Shown here piece after piece: positions 9,495 to 19,370 of a stretch of DNA of 64,000 nucleotides (position 1 is its first letter; each line of letters opens with the position of its first letter). The stretch is taken from positions 7,445 through 71,444 of the forward strand of contig CALXMZ010000023.1 of the NCBI GenBank assembly GCA_944389645.1, read 5' to 3'. The notes beneath the pieces were generated by a model. That model had not been told where the DNA came from, did no database searches, and saw nothing but the letters and a program-made list of their open reading frames with translations. Position numbers and translations under genes: made by a program. Origin of the DNA: an uncultured Alphaproteobacteria bacterium (GTDB lineage: Bacteria > Pseudomonadota > Alphaproteobacteria > Rs-D84).

Positions 9495-11107
9495 TTTATT
9501 TCCCTTAATTTCTTTTTTAGTTTTGGTAAAATTGTTAAACCATCATCAGATAGGTCTATTGCTTTTAAATAAGCCTCACGGGCAAGCTTTTCCTGCCCTG
9601 TTTCTGCATATAAGTCACCTAACTGTTCAAACAGAGATGAACAAGTAGAAGAAACCTCCCCTACTCTAGCAAGAAGCTCTAACGCTGCTTGGCTCCCCTC
9701 GCGTTTATGTACAACGTAACCAAGAGTATCCCATGCCATTATATCAGTTGGATTTTGTTTTACTAATAACATGGCATATTCATATGCATTTTCAATTTCT
9801 CTATTTTGTTTTGCCCATATTTTTGCTTGTAAAGATAATATTTCTGAATCTAGGTTTAGTACTTCAGAAGCTTCCCTTAAATCTGCCTGTGCACTTTTTA
9901 AATCACCGAAAACATAATTAATTTGCGCCCTGCTCTTTAAGAAAAATGCTTTACCCGTCTCACTTAAATTTTCTTCTTTTAATGCTGTATTTATAACGTA
10001 TAATGCTTTTCTTTTTTTATTGTTCTTTATGTAATAAGCAACAAGTTTATTAACTGCTGGTACAAATAAAGGATACTCTTTTAAAGCGTGTGATAATTTT
10101 TTTATATCATTTGTTTTTTCCGTCATTCTTAAAATTGAAAATAAATAAAATGGGCTTTCTTTATTTATTTTCTGGAAATAATTTTCATAATCACCGTTAG
10201 TATTAAAGAAATATTGACCTATGTAATAATTTATAGCATCGTTATTTATTGTCTTATCTGTACGTATTATGTCTGCAAACCTTAATAATAAGATAGATAG
10301 ATCAGAATACATCATTATCTGTGTATGAGACACATTCTGTATCAAACTGAAAGCAAGTGCATTACGTTTGCCTGAATATATAGACCATTCGGGTATATCT
10401 TCAAAATCTAACATAAACATACCACCCGGTCGAGAAGTAAATTCTTCCTTTAAAACATCAGCTTTTTCTGGCATATCGTAATTTTTATAAAAAGACATTA
10501 TATATAAATAATCATTTATATTCATAAAATCTGGACGCACCTTTTCAAAAAATTCTGATGCTTTTTCAGGTTCTGCCATTTCTGCATAAATTTGCCCGCT
10601 AACAAAATTTTTCCAAGAATCATTTGTCGGTAGATCTTTTATAAAATTTAAAGCATCTTTTTCTTTACCTACAGCAACAGAAGACCAGATCCGTAACGGA
10701 GAAGCCAAGGCAGATTCATCCTTTTTATGTCTGTTATATAGTTCTTTCCAATTTTCTTGTGATACGAGATATGCATCATAAATCAATCTGGAAGCGGTGG
10801 CTTTTTCCTCTTCTAATATATCGATATTTTCCGGTAATTTACCGCTTAAAAAATCGGATATATATTTTGTAGATTGTACAATCGGATAATTTATATCTTC
10901 TAATTGAGAAGAAAATTTAGACGCATTTTCAAAGTCATTTCTGTATATTGCGTGTTGAGCTGCCAAAAAAACGCCATACTTTGTTGTAGGGTAATTGTAT
11001 TTTCTTAAATAATTATCAGAATTTTCGTGATACCAAAATACGCCTCCCATCACTACGATGATAGACATTAAAATAATACCAACTAATAAAGTTTCTATTT
11101 TTCTCAT
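9491..11107 (-). CDS. tetratricopeptide-repeat protein with N-terminal membrane anchor
   Basis: N-terminal TM MRKIETLLVGIILMSIIVVMGG and TPR-like helices (AYEYAMLLVKQNPTD..., AREAYLKAIDL). Confidence 0.7.
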   Translation of the reverse strand: MRKIETLLVGIILMSIIVVMGGVFWYHENSDNYLRKYNYPTTKYGVFLAAQHAIYRNDFENASKFSSQLEDINYPIVQSTKYISDFLSGKLPENIDILEEEKATASRLIYDAYLVSQENWKELYNRHKKDESALASPLRIWSSVAVGKEKDALNFIKDLPTNDSWKNFVSGQIYAEMAEPEKASEFFEKVRPDFMNINDYLYIMSFYKNYDMPEKADVLKEEFTSRPGGMFMLDFEDIPEWSIYSGKRNALAFSLIQNVSHTQIMMYSDLSILLLRFADIIRTDKTINNDAINYYIGQYFFNTNGDYENYFQKINKESPFYLFSILRMTEKTNDIKKLSHALKEYPLFVPAVNKLVAYYIKNNKKRKALYVINTALKEENLSETGKAFFLKSRAQINYVFGDLKSAQADLREASEVLNLDSEILSLQAKIWAKQNREIENAYEYAMLLVKQNPTDIMAWDTLGYVVHKREGSQAALELLARVGEVSSTCSSLFEQLGDLYAETGQEKLAREAYLKAIDLSDDGLTILPKLKKKLREIK

Positions 11108-11133
11108 GTGAAAGTTATGCTACAATATTATTA

Positions 11134-11694
11134 ATGAATAATAAAGAAAAATTTATTTTATATGAAAAATTATTAAAAGATTGGTCAAAACGTATGAATT
11201 TGGTGGCACCAAGTACCTTGGCTGACATAAAGTCACGGCATTTTGATGATTCTGCACAGTTAGCAGATTTTCTGCCTAAAAACGTAAAAATAATTGATTT
11301 GGGAAGCGGTGCCGGTTTCCCCGGTGTTGTTCTAGCCATATTAGGCTGGAATGTCACTTGCGTAGAGTCTATCGGAAAGAAAGTTGCTTTCTTGACAGAA
11401 CTTAAAAGTAAATTAGATTTACCGAATTTAGAAATATTTCATGGAAGATTAGAAAATTTAATCCCTGCCCTAACCTTGAATAATAAAAAATATGTTTTTA
11501 CTGCGCGTGCGTTTGCTCCTTTAATAAAAATTCTTGATTATGTGTCATTAACAAATTACCGGCTTTTTTTACTAAAAGGCCGGGAAGTACAGAATGAAAT
11601 AAACGAGGCAAAGAAAAAGTATAAATTTAAGTATACTCTGTTCCCCTCTAAAACAGGCGATGGTTTCGTAACAATAATAGAAAAAAGCCGATAA
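11134..11694 (+). CDS. rsmG: 16S rRNA (guanine527-N7)-methyltransferase
   Basis: IIDLGSGAGFPGVVLAI SAM-binding motif, 186 aa. Confidence 0.85.
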   Translation: MNNKEKFILYEKLLKDWSKRMNLVAPSTLADIKSRHFDDSAQLADFLPKNVKIIDLGSGAGFPGVVLAILGWNVTCVESIGKKVAFLTELKSKLDLPNLEIFHGRLENLIPALTLNNKKYVFTARAFAPLIKILDYVSLTNYRLFLLKGREVQNEINEAKKKYKFKYTLFPSKTGDGFVTIIEKSR

Positions 11695-11736
11695 TTTCAT
11701 ATGAAATATCACGTATCGTTTTGATTTTAGTGTATT

Positions 11737-12651
11737 TTATCTTTGTAATATAGTTAGCTTTTGGTTGGTAAATTTTTCTATCAAAGAATCTAATGTGTTT
11801 ATAGTTTTTTGTTTTTGTTTTTTACTTGCAACTTGCCACAAATTTATATAGCCCTGCTTAGATTGAAAAAACCAAATAGGGTCCCACATGTTTAAAACAG
11901 GGTTAAATGTAATTTTTTCATAAGATTCCTTTAAAGAATAATTACATTGAAATTCCTGATTTGTTCTATTATAGAATGCTTTTTGCATACTTGTTTTATA
12001 TATGCCTCGTTTTATTTCCTGTAGAAATTGTTGAAGGGCTTGATTAATTATAATGTCGGATATTTCTTGGTCGTTAAAATCAAGAGGGTATCTTAAATTT
12101 TTTTTGTTAATAATTTTTTCAATTTTTTTGTTTGCTTCTGTTACAAATGGTTTCAAAGAAAGGAAGTCTTTACCGGTTTTATATTTATAATCTTGTGATT
12201 CTATAATTTCTGAAGCAAGAGCCGTTATCTCATTTATTGCTATTATTTTTGCGCGTACTTCTGGCGGGTAATGTTTGATGTCTTTTGTTAAGAATGCTTT
12301 TTGTGCATGTTCTAACTCGTGACGTTTCGTCAATGGAATTTGAGAATTGCTTCGGTTGCAGAAGGTCTGTATTTCTGTGTTGGAAGTATTAGTTTTAAAG
12401 AAAATTATTTTTACTGTATTTGTTGTGGGGTTAAAAGCACCTGCTGCTAGAATTTTTGTTTTATAAGTTTCGTCTTTTATTAGAACCGTATCTGTATATA
12501 TATTAAGTTCTTTTGCCGGTAATTTTGGTTTTTTTATTATTCTTTCGTTTTTTATTTTGCTTTTCTCATAAATCGAGTTTGTAATTGATAAAGCTGTATC
12601 CAAACTTATAAAGAAAACCGCGCCCAAGAAAGCAATAGTTTTGAATTTCAT
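11737..12651 (-). CDS. secreted hypothetical protein with an HExxH motif
   Basis: Signal peptide MKFKTIAFLGAVFFISLDTALS; HELEH at about residue 120; low GC. Confidence 0.55.
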   Translation of the reverse strand: MKFKTIAFLGAVFFISLDTALSITNSIYEKSKIKNERIIKKPKLPAKELNIYTDTVLIKDETYKTKILAAGAFNPTTNTVKIIFFKTNTSNTEIQTFCNRSNSQIPLTKRHELEHAQKAFLTKDIKHYPPEVRAKIIAINEITALASEIIESQDYKYKTGKDFLSLKPFVTEANKKIEKIINKKNLRYPLDFNDQEISDIIINQALQQFLQEIKRGIYKTSMQKAFYNRTNQEFQCNYSLKESYEKITFNPVLNMWDPIWFFQSKQGYINLWQVASKKQKQKTINTLDSLIEKFTNQKLTILQR

Positions 12652-12834
12652 GTTTTAGGTATAGTAAACAATTTGAAGTTTGTCAAATAAATAATAAATC
12701 ATATTTCATATGAAATTGTTTGTAATACGTTGTTTTTAGTAATGTTTTTGCGTGTGCAATATATTTGTCTTGACTGGTTAAGTCGGTTTTTATATGCTAA
12801 AAATGTTGTTTTTATTTATTTGGGAAAGGGAACG

Positions 12835-13611
12835 ATGACAAAAATAATTGCATTTGCTAATCAAAAAGGTGGTGTTGGTAAAACTACAACGGCGATAAAC
12901 ATAGGAGCTTCGTTAGCTGCAATAAAGAAACGCGTTTTATTGGTTGATTTAGATCCGCAAGGAAATGCGGGGACTGGATTAGGTTTCGTAAGAACTTCGC
13001 ATAGACAAAGTGTTTATGGCGTTATAATGGGAACTGCAAATGCTGCAGATAATGTTTTATCTACTGCTGTTCAAGGTTTGCATATTTTACCGTCTACTAT
13101 GGCTTTGGCTGGGGCAGAGGTTGATTTGTTAGACGTAGAAAACCGTGAATATAAGTTACGTGACGCATTAAAATCGATATCGGAACATTACGATTATATT
13201 TTATTAGACTGCCCGCCTGCTTTAGGTTTTTTAACTTTGAATGCTTTAACGGCAGCCGATTACGTTCTTATACCGTTGCAGTGTGAGTTTTATGCTTTGG
13301 AAGGAATCAGTCATTTAATTAATTCGATAAAAGAAATAAGAAATAAATGGAATCAGAATTTAGAGATTTTGGGCGTTTTATTAACTATGTATGATAAGAG
13401 ATACGGTTTGACAAGGGCCGTTGAAGATGATGTGCGTAATACGTTCGGAGATAAAGTTTTTAAGACTGTGGTGCCAAGAAATGTTCGGGTATCAGAAGCA
13501 CCAAGTCATGGTAAACCTGCTTTGTTTTATGATTTTAATTCTTCTGGGGCGCAGGCTTATTTGAGGGTTGCTACGGAAGTCGTGCAGAAAACTGAAAAAG
13601 AGGTTCATTGA
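12835..13611 (+). CDS. parA: chromosome partitioning ATPase ParA
   Basis: MTKIIAFANQKGGVGKTTT deviant Walker A. The ORF-track N-terminal extension is rejected. Confidence 0.9.
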   Translation: MTKIIAFANQKGGVGKTTTAINIGASLAAIKKRVLLVDLDPQGNAGTGLGFVRTSHRQSVYGVIMGTANAADNVLSTAVQGLHILPSTMALAGAEVDLLDVENREYKLRDALKSISEHYDYILLDCPPALGFLTLNALTAADYVLIPLQCEFYALEGISHLINSIKEIRNKWNQNLEILGVLLTMYDKRYGLTRAVEDDVRNTFGDKVFKTVVPRNVRVSEAPSHGKPALFYDFNSSGAQAYLRVATEVVQKTEKEVH

Positions 13612-14486
13612 TGGCAAAATTTGGGTTAGGGCGTGGTTTAGCCGATTTAAAAGAAGAAATTGGTAATATACCAGATATATCGATTTTAACAGGGGCAGAG
13701 AGAGTCGTTGTAAAACAGGTTCCTTTGGTTCAAATTGGAGCAAATCCGGATCAACCGCGTAAAAATTTTTCTGAAGAAGAATTAAAAGATTTAGCACGTT
13801 CTATAAAAGAAAAAGGGGTTTTGCAACCGATCTTACTTAGAACAGTAACTGGTAAAAACCATTTATATGAAATTGTTGCAGGTGAAAGGCGTTTCAGAGC
13901 AAGTAAAATAGCAGGTTTGAATGAAATACCTGCTTTGGTAAAAACGCTTACAAATGAAAATGCGATGGAAATAGCTTTAATAGAAAATGTTCAGCGTGAA
14001 AATTTAAACCCTATAGAAGAAGCAGATGCATATAAAAATATAATGGAAAAATGTGGTTATGAATTAGCTGATGTATCCAGGTTAATCGGTAAATCTGAAA
14101 GCTATATAAGAAATGCCATAAGGTTAATTGATTTACCAAAAGAAGTAAAAGATATGGTAAAACAAGGAAGCATTTCAGCCTCACATGCACGTACGATAGC
14201 CGTTGCTGAAAACCCATTAAATTTAGCCTTAGAAATTGTTAAAAATAAACTTTCAGTTGCAGAAACAGAGAAAAAAGTAAAATCTGCGATTAGATCTAAG
14301 AAAAGTAGAGCTTATTCATCCAAAAATATAGATGTAAAATCCGTTAAAGACATTGAAAATCGTATAAAAGTTTCTTTGGGGGTAGACGCAAAGCTTGTGG
14401 AAAAACGAGGTGGAGCAGGGCAGGTGGTTTTATATTTTAATACAAGAACGCAGATGCAAGAACTTGTACAAAAATTGACAAAATAA
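13611..14486 (+). CDS. parB: chromosome partitioning protein ParB
   Basis: GLGRGLADL, ParB box IVAGERRFRAS, HTH; TGATG overlap with parA. Confidence 0.9.
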   Translation: MAKFGLGRGLADLKEEIGNIPDISILTGAERVVVKQVPLVQIGANPDQPRKNFSEEELKDLARSIKEKGVLQPILLRTVTGKNHLYEIVAGERRFRASKIAGLNEIPALVKTLTNENAMEIALIENVQRENLNPIEEADAYKNIMEKCGYELADVSRLIGKSESYIRNAIRLIDLPKEVKDMVKQGSISASHARTIAVAENPLNLALEIVKNKLSVAETEKKVKSAIRSKKSRAYSSKNIDVKSVKDIENRIKVSLGVDAKLVEKRGGAGQVVLYFNTRTQMQELVQKLTK

Positions 14487-14513
14487 TAAAAAATACATAT
14501 TAAAATATATATT

Positions 14514-14541
14514 AAAAAACCGGCATTTGCCGGTTTTTTTT
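14514..14541. terminator. hairpin terminator between parB and pal (A-run/T-run flanks, so potentially bidirectional)
   Basis: aaaaaaccggcatttgccggtttttttt. Confidence 0.65.
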
Positions 14542-14550
14542 ACAACATTC

Positions 14551-14967
14551 TTATTTTACGGTTGTTGTTGCATTACGATTCCATTTCCAGACTTCTTCTC
14601 CGGACCCCTGAACTAACGGACGTTCTTTACCGTAAGAAATTGTGGAAATACGTTTAGAATCTATACCATCTTTTACCATTACGCTTTTAGCAGCATTAGC
14701 ACGACGTGCACCTAGCGCTAAATTGTACTCAACAGAACCACGTTCGTCGCAGTTTCCTGCAATCTGTATTTTGGTGTCTGGATGGTTTTTCATATATAAA
14801 GACTGACCTAAAAGATTGTCACGTGCTTCGTCAGATATTTCAGACGAATTAAATGCAAAGAATACTCTTTGATCGTTTAAATCTGCTGGTTCAACGATGC
14901 TGGAACCACCGCACGCGGCCAACATGCTTGCAACGCCAGCTAATATAGCAAAGTTTTTTATTTTCAT
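14551..14967 (-). CDS. pal: peptidoglycan-associated lipoprotein Pal (OmpA domain)
   Basis: Lipobox MLAAC-GG and OmpA-like C-terminus NCDERGSVEYNLALGARRANAAK. Confidence 0.85.
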   Translation of the reverse strand: MKIKNFAILAGVASMLAACGGSSIVEPADLNDQRVFFAFNSSEISDEARDNLLGQSLYMKNHPDTKIQIAGNCDERGSVEYNLALGARRANAAKSVMVKDGIDSKRISTISYGKERPLVQGSGEEVWKWNRNATTTVK

Positions 14968-15044
14968 GAAAATACTCCCTTGAGTTTTTGTTGCTCGTGT
15001 TCTAGTCTATAACAAATAAGTGAAAAAATCAAGGGAAATCAAAC

Positions 15045-15815
15045 GTGCAGAACAATGATTTAGAATATTTAGCGATATCCGGTGTTCGTTGGGAATTAAA
15101 TGATATTCCTATGACGAGAATTTATTTAAGTACGACGAATACAGATGATACTAATAAAATAGAGCAGATGGCGGTTTCAAAGGTTCGTACGACGATAATA
15201 CCTACTATAGCACCTTCTGTTCCTATGTCTATTGATACTGCAGAAGCTATGGCAAGTAGACCGGTGGATGTATCGGCTCTTTGTAGAATGATTGCAGAGT
15301 TTAACCATCCTTTACGTTCTGGGGTTACAAATGTTGTACTTCCGCATATTGCTAGTAAACCAAATGGTTTAGTTATTGTCACAGATTTCCCAAGTGGAGA
15401 GGATGACGCAACGGGTAAGGTTTTATCAGGTGCAGTAGGGGATTTATTGGATAAAATGTTGTCAGCGATCGGTATGGCAAGAGAAAATGTTTCCATTTTA
15501 CCATTAGTTTTCTGGCGCACGCCAGGTGGAAGAACGCCGTCGAAGATAGAGTTAGATTTAGCAAGACCTTTTGTACAAAAAGCTTTAAGTTTTTTGTCAC
15601 CGCGTGTTATTCTTACTTTAGGAAGCCTTGCTGCTAATGAAGTTGCAGGTGTTAATCTGGTTAAAGAACATGGTGCCGTTGTAAGCTTAGATTCAGGAGC
15701 GGTTTGTATGCCGATATACCATCCAAATTATTTACTTTTAAAACCTGCGGCAAAACGAGAAGCTTGGAGTGCTTTACAAATAGTGCGAAATTTGTTGAAA
15801 ACTTCTGAAGAATAG
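15045..15815 (+). CDS. uracil-DNA glycosylase superfamily protein (family-4-like core with an N-terminal extension lacking Fe-S cysteines); GTG start
   Basis: C-terminal half matches UDG family 4/5 motifs (GEDDATGKVLSGAVGDLLDKML..., IYHPNYLL). Confidence 0.65.
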   Translation: MQNNDLEYLAISGVRWELNDIPMTRIYLSTTNTDDTNKIEQMAVSKVRTTIIPTIAPSVPMSIDTAEAMASRPVDVSALCRMIAEFNHPLRSGVTNVVLPHIASKPNGLVIVTDFPSGEDDATGKVLSGAVGDLLDKMLSAIGMARENVSILPLVFWRTPGGRTPSKIELDLARPFVQKALSFLSPRVILTLGSLAANEVAGVNLVKEHGAVVSLDSGAVCMPIYHPNYLLLKPAAKREAWSALQIVRNLLKTSEE

Positions 15816-15850
15816 GCAATAATCATCAGCATAAATAAAAGGAGTATACC

Positions 15851-16399
15851 ATTAAACCAACTTTTAACCGTGATAATCGTAAGGACTTGGGTCCCCGTAT
15901 AAACAATAAAATATTTGCAAAATCTGTGCAGGTAATAAGTTCAACAGGTCAGAATTTAGGGATAATGCCGACTTCGCAGGCCTTACAGAAGGCGTTGGAT
16001 GAAGGTTTTGATCTGGTAGAAATGAATGCAAATGGTGATGTGCCAATTGTAAAAATAATGGATTATGGTAAGTTTAAATACGAACAGAAAAAACGTGCTA
16101 GCGAAGCTAAGAAAAATCAAAAGGTAATAGAAGTAAAAGAAGTTTGGGTAAAACCTTTTATTGAAGAAAATGATTTAAACATTAAGCTTAGAAAGGTTTT
16201 TGAGTTTTTGGGTGAAGGTAATAAAGTAAAAATTTCTGTTATGACTCGCGGTTCTAAAAAAGTATTGGCTAGGGGTAAGGACGCTATACCAGATTTATTT
16301 GCAAGGATATTGGAGTTAGTCGGTGATAAGGGGACGTTAGAAACGAAGTCAAAACCAGATGAGCGGACAAAGTCTATATTAATTGCTCCGACAAAATGA
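15851..16399 (+). CDS. infC: translation initiation factor IF-3, predicted AUU start codon
   Basis: IF-3 motifs (VEMNANGDVPIVKIMDYGKFKYE). The in-frame ATT at 15851 is preceded by a GGAG RBS at 15841-15844. No ATG is available, and the ORF track begins at a TTG. Confidence 0.85.
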   Translation: MKPTFNRDNRKDLGPRINNKIFAKSVQVISSTGQNLGIMPTSQALQKALDEGFDLVEMNANGDVPIVKIMDYGKFKYEQKKRASEAKKNQKVIEVKEVWVKPFIEENDLNIKLRKVFEFLGEGNKVKISVMTRGSKKVLARGKDAIPDLFARILELVGDKGTLETKSKPDERTKSILIAPTK

Positions 16400-16400
16400 T

Positions 16401-16430
16401 AAAAACCGCAAGAAGCGGTTTTTATTTTTT
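16401..16430 (+). terminator. rho-independent terminator after infC
   Basis: aaaaaccgcaagaagcggtttttatttttt. Confidence 0.65.
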
Positions 16431-16597
16431 AATGTAACTTTTTTATTATTTAAAAATAAATTTTTAGAAATTATAAATAATATGAAATGATAATTTTATA
16501 TATTAACTACGTTAAAGATTTCTTTGTGTTTTACCAGTTTTTGTTTGCTTTTTTTGTTTTAATTTTGTATCGTGCATAGTAAAGAAAAAGGTAAGTT

Positions 16598-16798
16598 ATG
16601 GACGAAAAAAAGTTGTCTTTTGAAGATTCGTATAAACAATTAACAGAATTGGTAAAAAAAATGGAATCAGGAGAATTATCTTTGGCAGATTCCGTTGCTG
16701 CATACGAACAGGGGATAAAGTTAAAAGCTTATTGCGAGCAGTTACTAAAAGAAGCAGAATTAAAGATAGAAACTTTAAAAGTCGATACAAAAGCTTAA
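16598..16798 (+). CDS. xseB: exodeoxyribonuclease VII small subunit
   Basis: 66 aa, LSFEDSYKQLTELVKKMESGELSL. Confidence 0.85.
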   Translation: MDEKKLSFEDSYKQLTELVKKMESGELSLADSVAAYEQGIKLKAYCEQLLKEAELKIETLKVDTKA

Positions 16799-16809
16799 TG
16801 GATTAAATA

Positions 16810-19347
16810 GTGGTAGATAAAAACAAATTATCTCCTGTTATGCAACAATACGTTGATATGAAGTCAGAAAATCCGGACGCGTTGTTGATGTTTAGGCTCG
16901 GGGATTTTTATGAGGCTTTTTTTGATGATGCAAAAACAATAAGTGAAAATTTAGGTTTAGTTTTAACGCAGCGTGGTACAGACGCAGATGGTGAAAATAT
17001 ACCTATGTGTGGTATACCTTGGCATGCGGCAGATAACTATTTTGGGCGGCTTGTACGATCTGGTTTTAGGGTGGCTTTGGTTGAACAGATGGAAACGCCA
17101 GCTGAAGCAAAAGCACGTGGTCACAAATTTATAGAAAGAAAAGTTATTCGGGTTTTAACGCCTGGAACGCTTACTGACGAAAATTTGTTAACGCCTAAAA
17201 AATCTAATTTTCTTGTTTCTGTAACGTTATTGGAAGATGGAAGGTTTGATATTGCCGGATGTGATATATCAACTGGTGAATTTTTTGTCGGGCAGACGTC
17301 CGAAGTAATAGATGATTTAGTTCGAATTAATCCTGCAGAAGTTATTTATCCAGAAGCTATTGCAGAAAATGCTATAATTTTACAGATTAGGGACGCATTT
17401 AAAACGACTCCGGTTTATGAAAAATTATATCGTCGTACAGATATAGGGCAAATTGTTTCTAAAGTTTTTGGGGGGGCAGTTAGGGTAGAAGAAGATAACA
17501 CAAATTGTGATAGCGCGATAAGCTTGTTGGCAGGTTATTTATTTAATACACAACGGGGTGCGACAATCGCATTTAGAACGCCTTATGTATATAAATCGGG
17601 TAGTCAGTTATTAATAGATTCTGCAACTTGGAAGAGTTTAGAAATTGATGCGCCAATCAATGATGGGGGGATGTGTTTGATTGATGTTTTGGATAATACT
17701 AAGACATCAGCTGGTGCCAGAAAATTGCGCTCTTATTTACGAACTTTGTCTGGTGATATAAATGAGATAAGGTTTAGACAGGAACATATAGGGCATTTTT
17801 TAATTAATCCCGATGTGATGGCAAGTGTATCTTCTGTTTTGTCTTCTGTTCCGGACGTTGGTCGTAGTTTGTCTCGGTTGCTTGCGGGGCGCGGCACGCC
17901 ACGTGACATGCGCCACATTGCAGATTTTTTAATAGAGCTACCTAATTCAAAAATGTTATCGAAAAAATTAGATGCAAATTTTGCATCAAGATTTACAGAA
18001 ATAAATACACATGATGATTTAGCTTGCGAATTAAGTTCTGCATTGTCTGACGAATTACCCACGTTTTTTAGAGATGGTGGGGTAATCAGAACAGGTTTTG
18101 ATGTTTCATTAGACCATATGCGTAATTTGGCGCATGGAGCTAAAGAAACAATTGCAAGTATGCAGGCAGAGTATGCGGCTATGACCGGCGTTCATACATT
18201 AAAAATTAAATACAACAATATTTTAGGTTATTTTATAGAGGTTCCCAGTGCTCGTGCAGATGAGCTTATGAAACCAGAATCAGGTTTTATTCATCGTCAA
18301 ACTATGGCGGGTAATATGCGCTTTACGACAGCGAAGTTAATAGACCTTGATAATGATGTTCGTAGTGCTGCGGAAAAGTCTGCAGCGATAGAAGCAGATA
18401 TTGTAAATAATTTGATTCAGAAGATACGAGAAGTATCAGATGATTTACTTGCTACTGCAGAATTGTTAGCGGATTTAGACGTTTGGTATTCTTTGGCGGT
18501 AACTGCTGATAGATATTCTTGGGTCCGCCCAAATATGACCGAGGATAATGCTTTTGATATTGTGGGGGGGCGGCACCCAGTTATAGAAGCTGTCTTACGT
18601 AAACACGGAGATAATTTTGTAAAAAATGATTGCAATTTGAACGTGAAATCTATTGCGTTATTAACCGGACCAAATATGGCGGGTAAGTCAACGTATTTAC
18701 GTCAGAATGCGTTATTAGTTGTTTTGGCACATATGGGGTCGTTTGTTCCTGCAACAAGGGCTACTATAGGTATTTGTGATCAATTATTTAGTCGCGTAGG
18801 TGCATCGGATAATTTGGCTGCGGGGCAGTCTACTTTTATGGTGGAAATGAGTGAAACTGCAAATATATTGCGTCGTGCGACAAAAGAGTCTTTTATCATC
18901 TTTGATGAAATAGGGCGTGGTACAGCCACTTATGATGGTATGGCAATTGCTCAGGCTGTATTAGAATATCTGAATGATTTGCAACCAAGAACACTTTTTG
19001 CGACGCATTATCATGAATTGACGGCGCTTGTTGGATGTAATGCTGGTCAGTTGCAAAATGTATCTTGTTTGACGATAGATGTGCGCGAGCATAATAATGA
19101 GATTGTATTTATGCATAAAATAGTTGCAGGTGTGGCAAATAGGTCTTATGGTATACATGTAGCGAAGATGGCGGGAATGCCGGAATCTGTTGTTGCACGT
19201 GCAGAAAGTGTGTTGGCGGGGTTAGAAGAACACAAAGCGACGTTATGTGAAGATGTTGCGTCTGTTTCGGTTAATAAAAAAGCGCAACAAAGCGTAAACA
19301 AAGTCGCGCAACCCGATAAAAAAGTTCAATTGAATCTTTTCGGCTAA
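16810..19347 (+). CDS. mutS: DNA mismatch repair protein MutS (GTG start)
   Basis: PVMQQY, mismatch-binding domain, Walker A GPNMAGKST, DE box. Confidence 0.95.
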   Translation: MVDKNKLSPVMQQYVDMKSENPDALLMFRLGDFYEAFFDDAKTISENLGLVLTQRGTDADGENIPMCGIPWHAADNYFGRLVRSGFRVALVEQMETPAEAKARGHKFIERKVIRVLTPGTLTDENLLTPKKSNFLVSVTLLEDGRFDIAGCDISTGEFFVGQTSEVIDDLVRINPAEVIYPEAIAENAIILQIRDAFKTTPVYEKLYRRTDIGQIVSKVFGGAVRVEEDNTNCDSAISLLAGYLFNTQRGATIAFRTPYVYKSGSQLLIDSATWKSLEIDAPINDGGMCLIDVLDNTKTSAGARKLRSYLRTLSGDINEIRFRQEHIGHFLINPDVMASVSSVLSSVPDVGRSLSRLLAGRGTPRDMRHIADFLIELPNSKMLSKKLDANFASRFTEINTHDDLACELSSALSDELPTFFRDGGVIRTGFDVSLDHMRNLAHGAKETIASMQAEYAAMTGVHTLKIKYNNILGYFIEVPSARADELMKPESGFIHRQTMAGNMRFTTAKLIDLDNDVRSAAEKSAAIEADIVNNLIQKIREVSDDLLATAELLADLDVWYSLAVTADRYSWVRPNMTEDNAFDIVGGRHPVIEAVLRKHGDNFVKNDCNLNVKSIALLTGPNMAGKSTYLRQNALLVVLAHMGSFVPATRATIGICDQLFSRVGASDNLAAGQSTFMVEMSETANILRRATKESFIIFDEIGRGTATYDGMAIAQAVLEYLNDLQPRTLFATHYHELTALVGCNAGQLQNVSCLTIDVREHNNEIVFMHKIVAGVANRSYGIHVAKMAGMPESVVARAESVLAGLEEHKATLCEDVASVSVNKKAQQSVNKVAQPDKKVQLNLFG

Positions 19348-19370
19348 AGCATTAGAAGTTTAATAGTGAA

